Shown: positions 31,136 to 32,000 of the stretch, piece after piece
How positions within the stretch are numbered: the stretch's first letter is position 1
Layout of the letters: each line of letters starts with the position of its first letter
NCBI GenBank assembly: GCA_046350815.1
Contig: JAXLZO010000001.1
Location: forward strand, 930,001-962,000
Source of the DNA: Candidatus Saccharimonadota bacterium
Lineage (GTDB): Bacteria; Patescibacteriota; Gracilibacteria; BD1-5; UBA2023
DNA: 32,000 nucleotides
Reading direction: 5' to 3'
Position numbers and translations under genes: made by a program
The notes under the pieces: model-generated
What the model saw: the letters and a program-made list of their open reading frames with translations, nothing else
Database searches by the model: none
Told to the model about the DNA's origin: nothing

Positions 31136-32000
31136 CTACTCTTTCTCCCCTACATGATATTCCTTGTAGAGATCATAGATATCTGATTTAATCTTTGGAT
31201 CTTCACATTCAATATAATCCTTCTGAATATCGGTCTCATGAGATTGCAAATAATTCCGAATATTTTCTTGAAACTTTGGATCATCGGGCATAAACTTATT
31301 GGCTTCGATAATTCTCCTTAAATAGGAATTTTGAATCACATGAACCTTATCCCATTTTCCAGAAAATACATCATACATATGCGTTACCGTCTCTTCGGGA
31401 GCTTGAATCGTTCACATTTCTACCACTCCATGTGTCACCCCATCTCCTCACTCCAAAAGAATTGCCAAATCTCAAAATCAAAAGAATGAAGCAATAAAAT
31501 TTGGATAAGTAGATCGAATGGTTTTAATTTTATTTCTGTCAAGTGACTGTGCATCAGTATACATGGCTTTTTGTTCCACATAGTAGACAATATTCTTGGT
31601 AACGAGAATATAATCCATATCAAGATTAATCATCTGAATATTATAGAGACGATTGAAGTAGATCTGAACTAAGAGACATCAAATCTCAAGAAATATGTAA
31701 TAACTCCGATCATGCAAAAAAATGGATCCAACTGTAAACATTTGGTAAACAATGTAGATAATATCAAGAAGAACAATGATGATAAAGAAAAAATAAAGTG
31801 TTTGAAGCTGATTAAAGAAGGCAGTGAACAACTCATCACCTTCTTCAAGTTCCTGATATATCTGATTGAGATTCCGAATCTCAAAAGACTGATGATGGTT
31901 TTTATGAAAGCTACGAAGATATCGAAACGATGCAAATACAAGATAAAAAGCAAAGAAAGAGAATATCACCCCTAGAATAATTCCAAAAATATTTCAGTGA
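31136..32000 (-). CDS. Membrane protein with a bacterial PH (bPH_2/YdbT-like) domain. The N-terminus is possibly outside the window.
   Basis: Track ORFs 31679-31969 and 31136-31378 are in one frame and joined through TGA codons. The frame stays open to base 32000. TM helices are followed by DYILVTKNIVYYVEQKAMYTDAQSLDRNKIKTIRSTYPNFIASFF[G]F[G]DLAILLE[G]GDGV...IQAPEE, which resembles the bPH_2 pattern. The stop is TAG. Confidence 0.6.

Noticed and set aside
1-32000. The fragmented conserved genes (nrdA, cysS, sufB, sufS and others) could be read as pseudogenes, frameshifts or poor sequence quality.
   Set aside because: Every break is a TGA and the pieces always stay in the same frame. No TAA or TAG interrupts any of the reconstructed genes, and reconstructed lengths are divisible by three and match normal protein sizes. 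Random decay would give frameshifts and all three stop codons.
1-32000. Genetic code 4 (TGA = Trp, Mycoplasma-like) as the explanation.
   Set aside because: TGA falls on positions that are Gly in orthologs ([13 protein letters not shown] after the SufC Walker A, the GGG of SufS, a GGGGG run). Trp at conserved positions is encoded by TGG (PGWHIEC, QxxRW). Gly fits and Trp does not.

Overview
This is a low-GC bacterial window that only makes sense if TGA is read as glycine (genetic code 25, as in Candidatus Gracilibacteria/Absconditabacteria, CPR). Under the standard code the supplied ORF track is fragmented. Conserved genes such as nrdA, cysS, sufB, sufS and sufC appear as 2-5 pieces that share one frame and are separated only by TGA. 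Reading TGA as a sense codon restores about 28 intact, tightly packed genes, and every one ends in TAA or TAG. TGA falls on conserved Gly columns, for example K[TGA]RPGWHIECS in CysRS and SLA[TGA] in SufC. Left to right, the window contains: (1) a minus-strand nrdA - membrane protein - K+ channel - nrdB string with tandem NrdR boxes; (2) a minus-strand operon of a Kazal-like membrane protein, a processive GT2 glycosyltransferase and an anchored unknown protein; (3) cysS, a TspO-related membrane protein, a VOC/PhnB-like protein and rplI; (4) a 1229-aa signal-peptide, C-terminally anchored surface protein followed by a MacB/FtsX-type ABC pair; (5) a block of unknown genes that includes a lytic transglycosylase with no signal peptide; (6) a rearranged suf cluster, sufC - SDR - sufB - sufA::sufD fusion - DKNYY-repeat gene - sufS - degenerate sufU; (7) lemA plus a DUF3137-like gene and a convergent bPH-like membrane protein. 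I found no rRNA, tRNA, CRISPR array, transposase or integrase. All calls come from manual translation and motif recognition. No database search was run.
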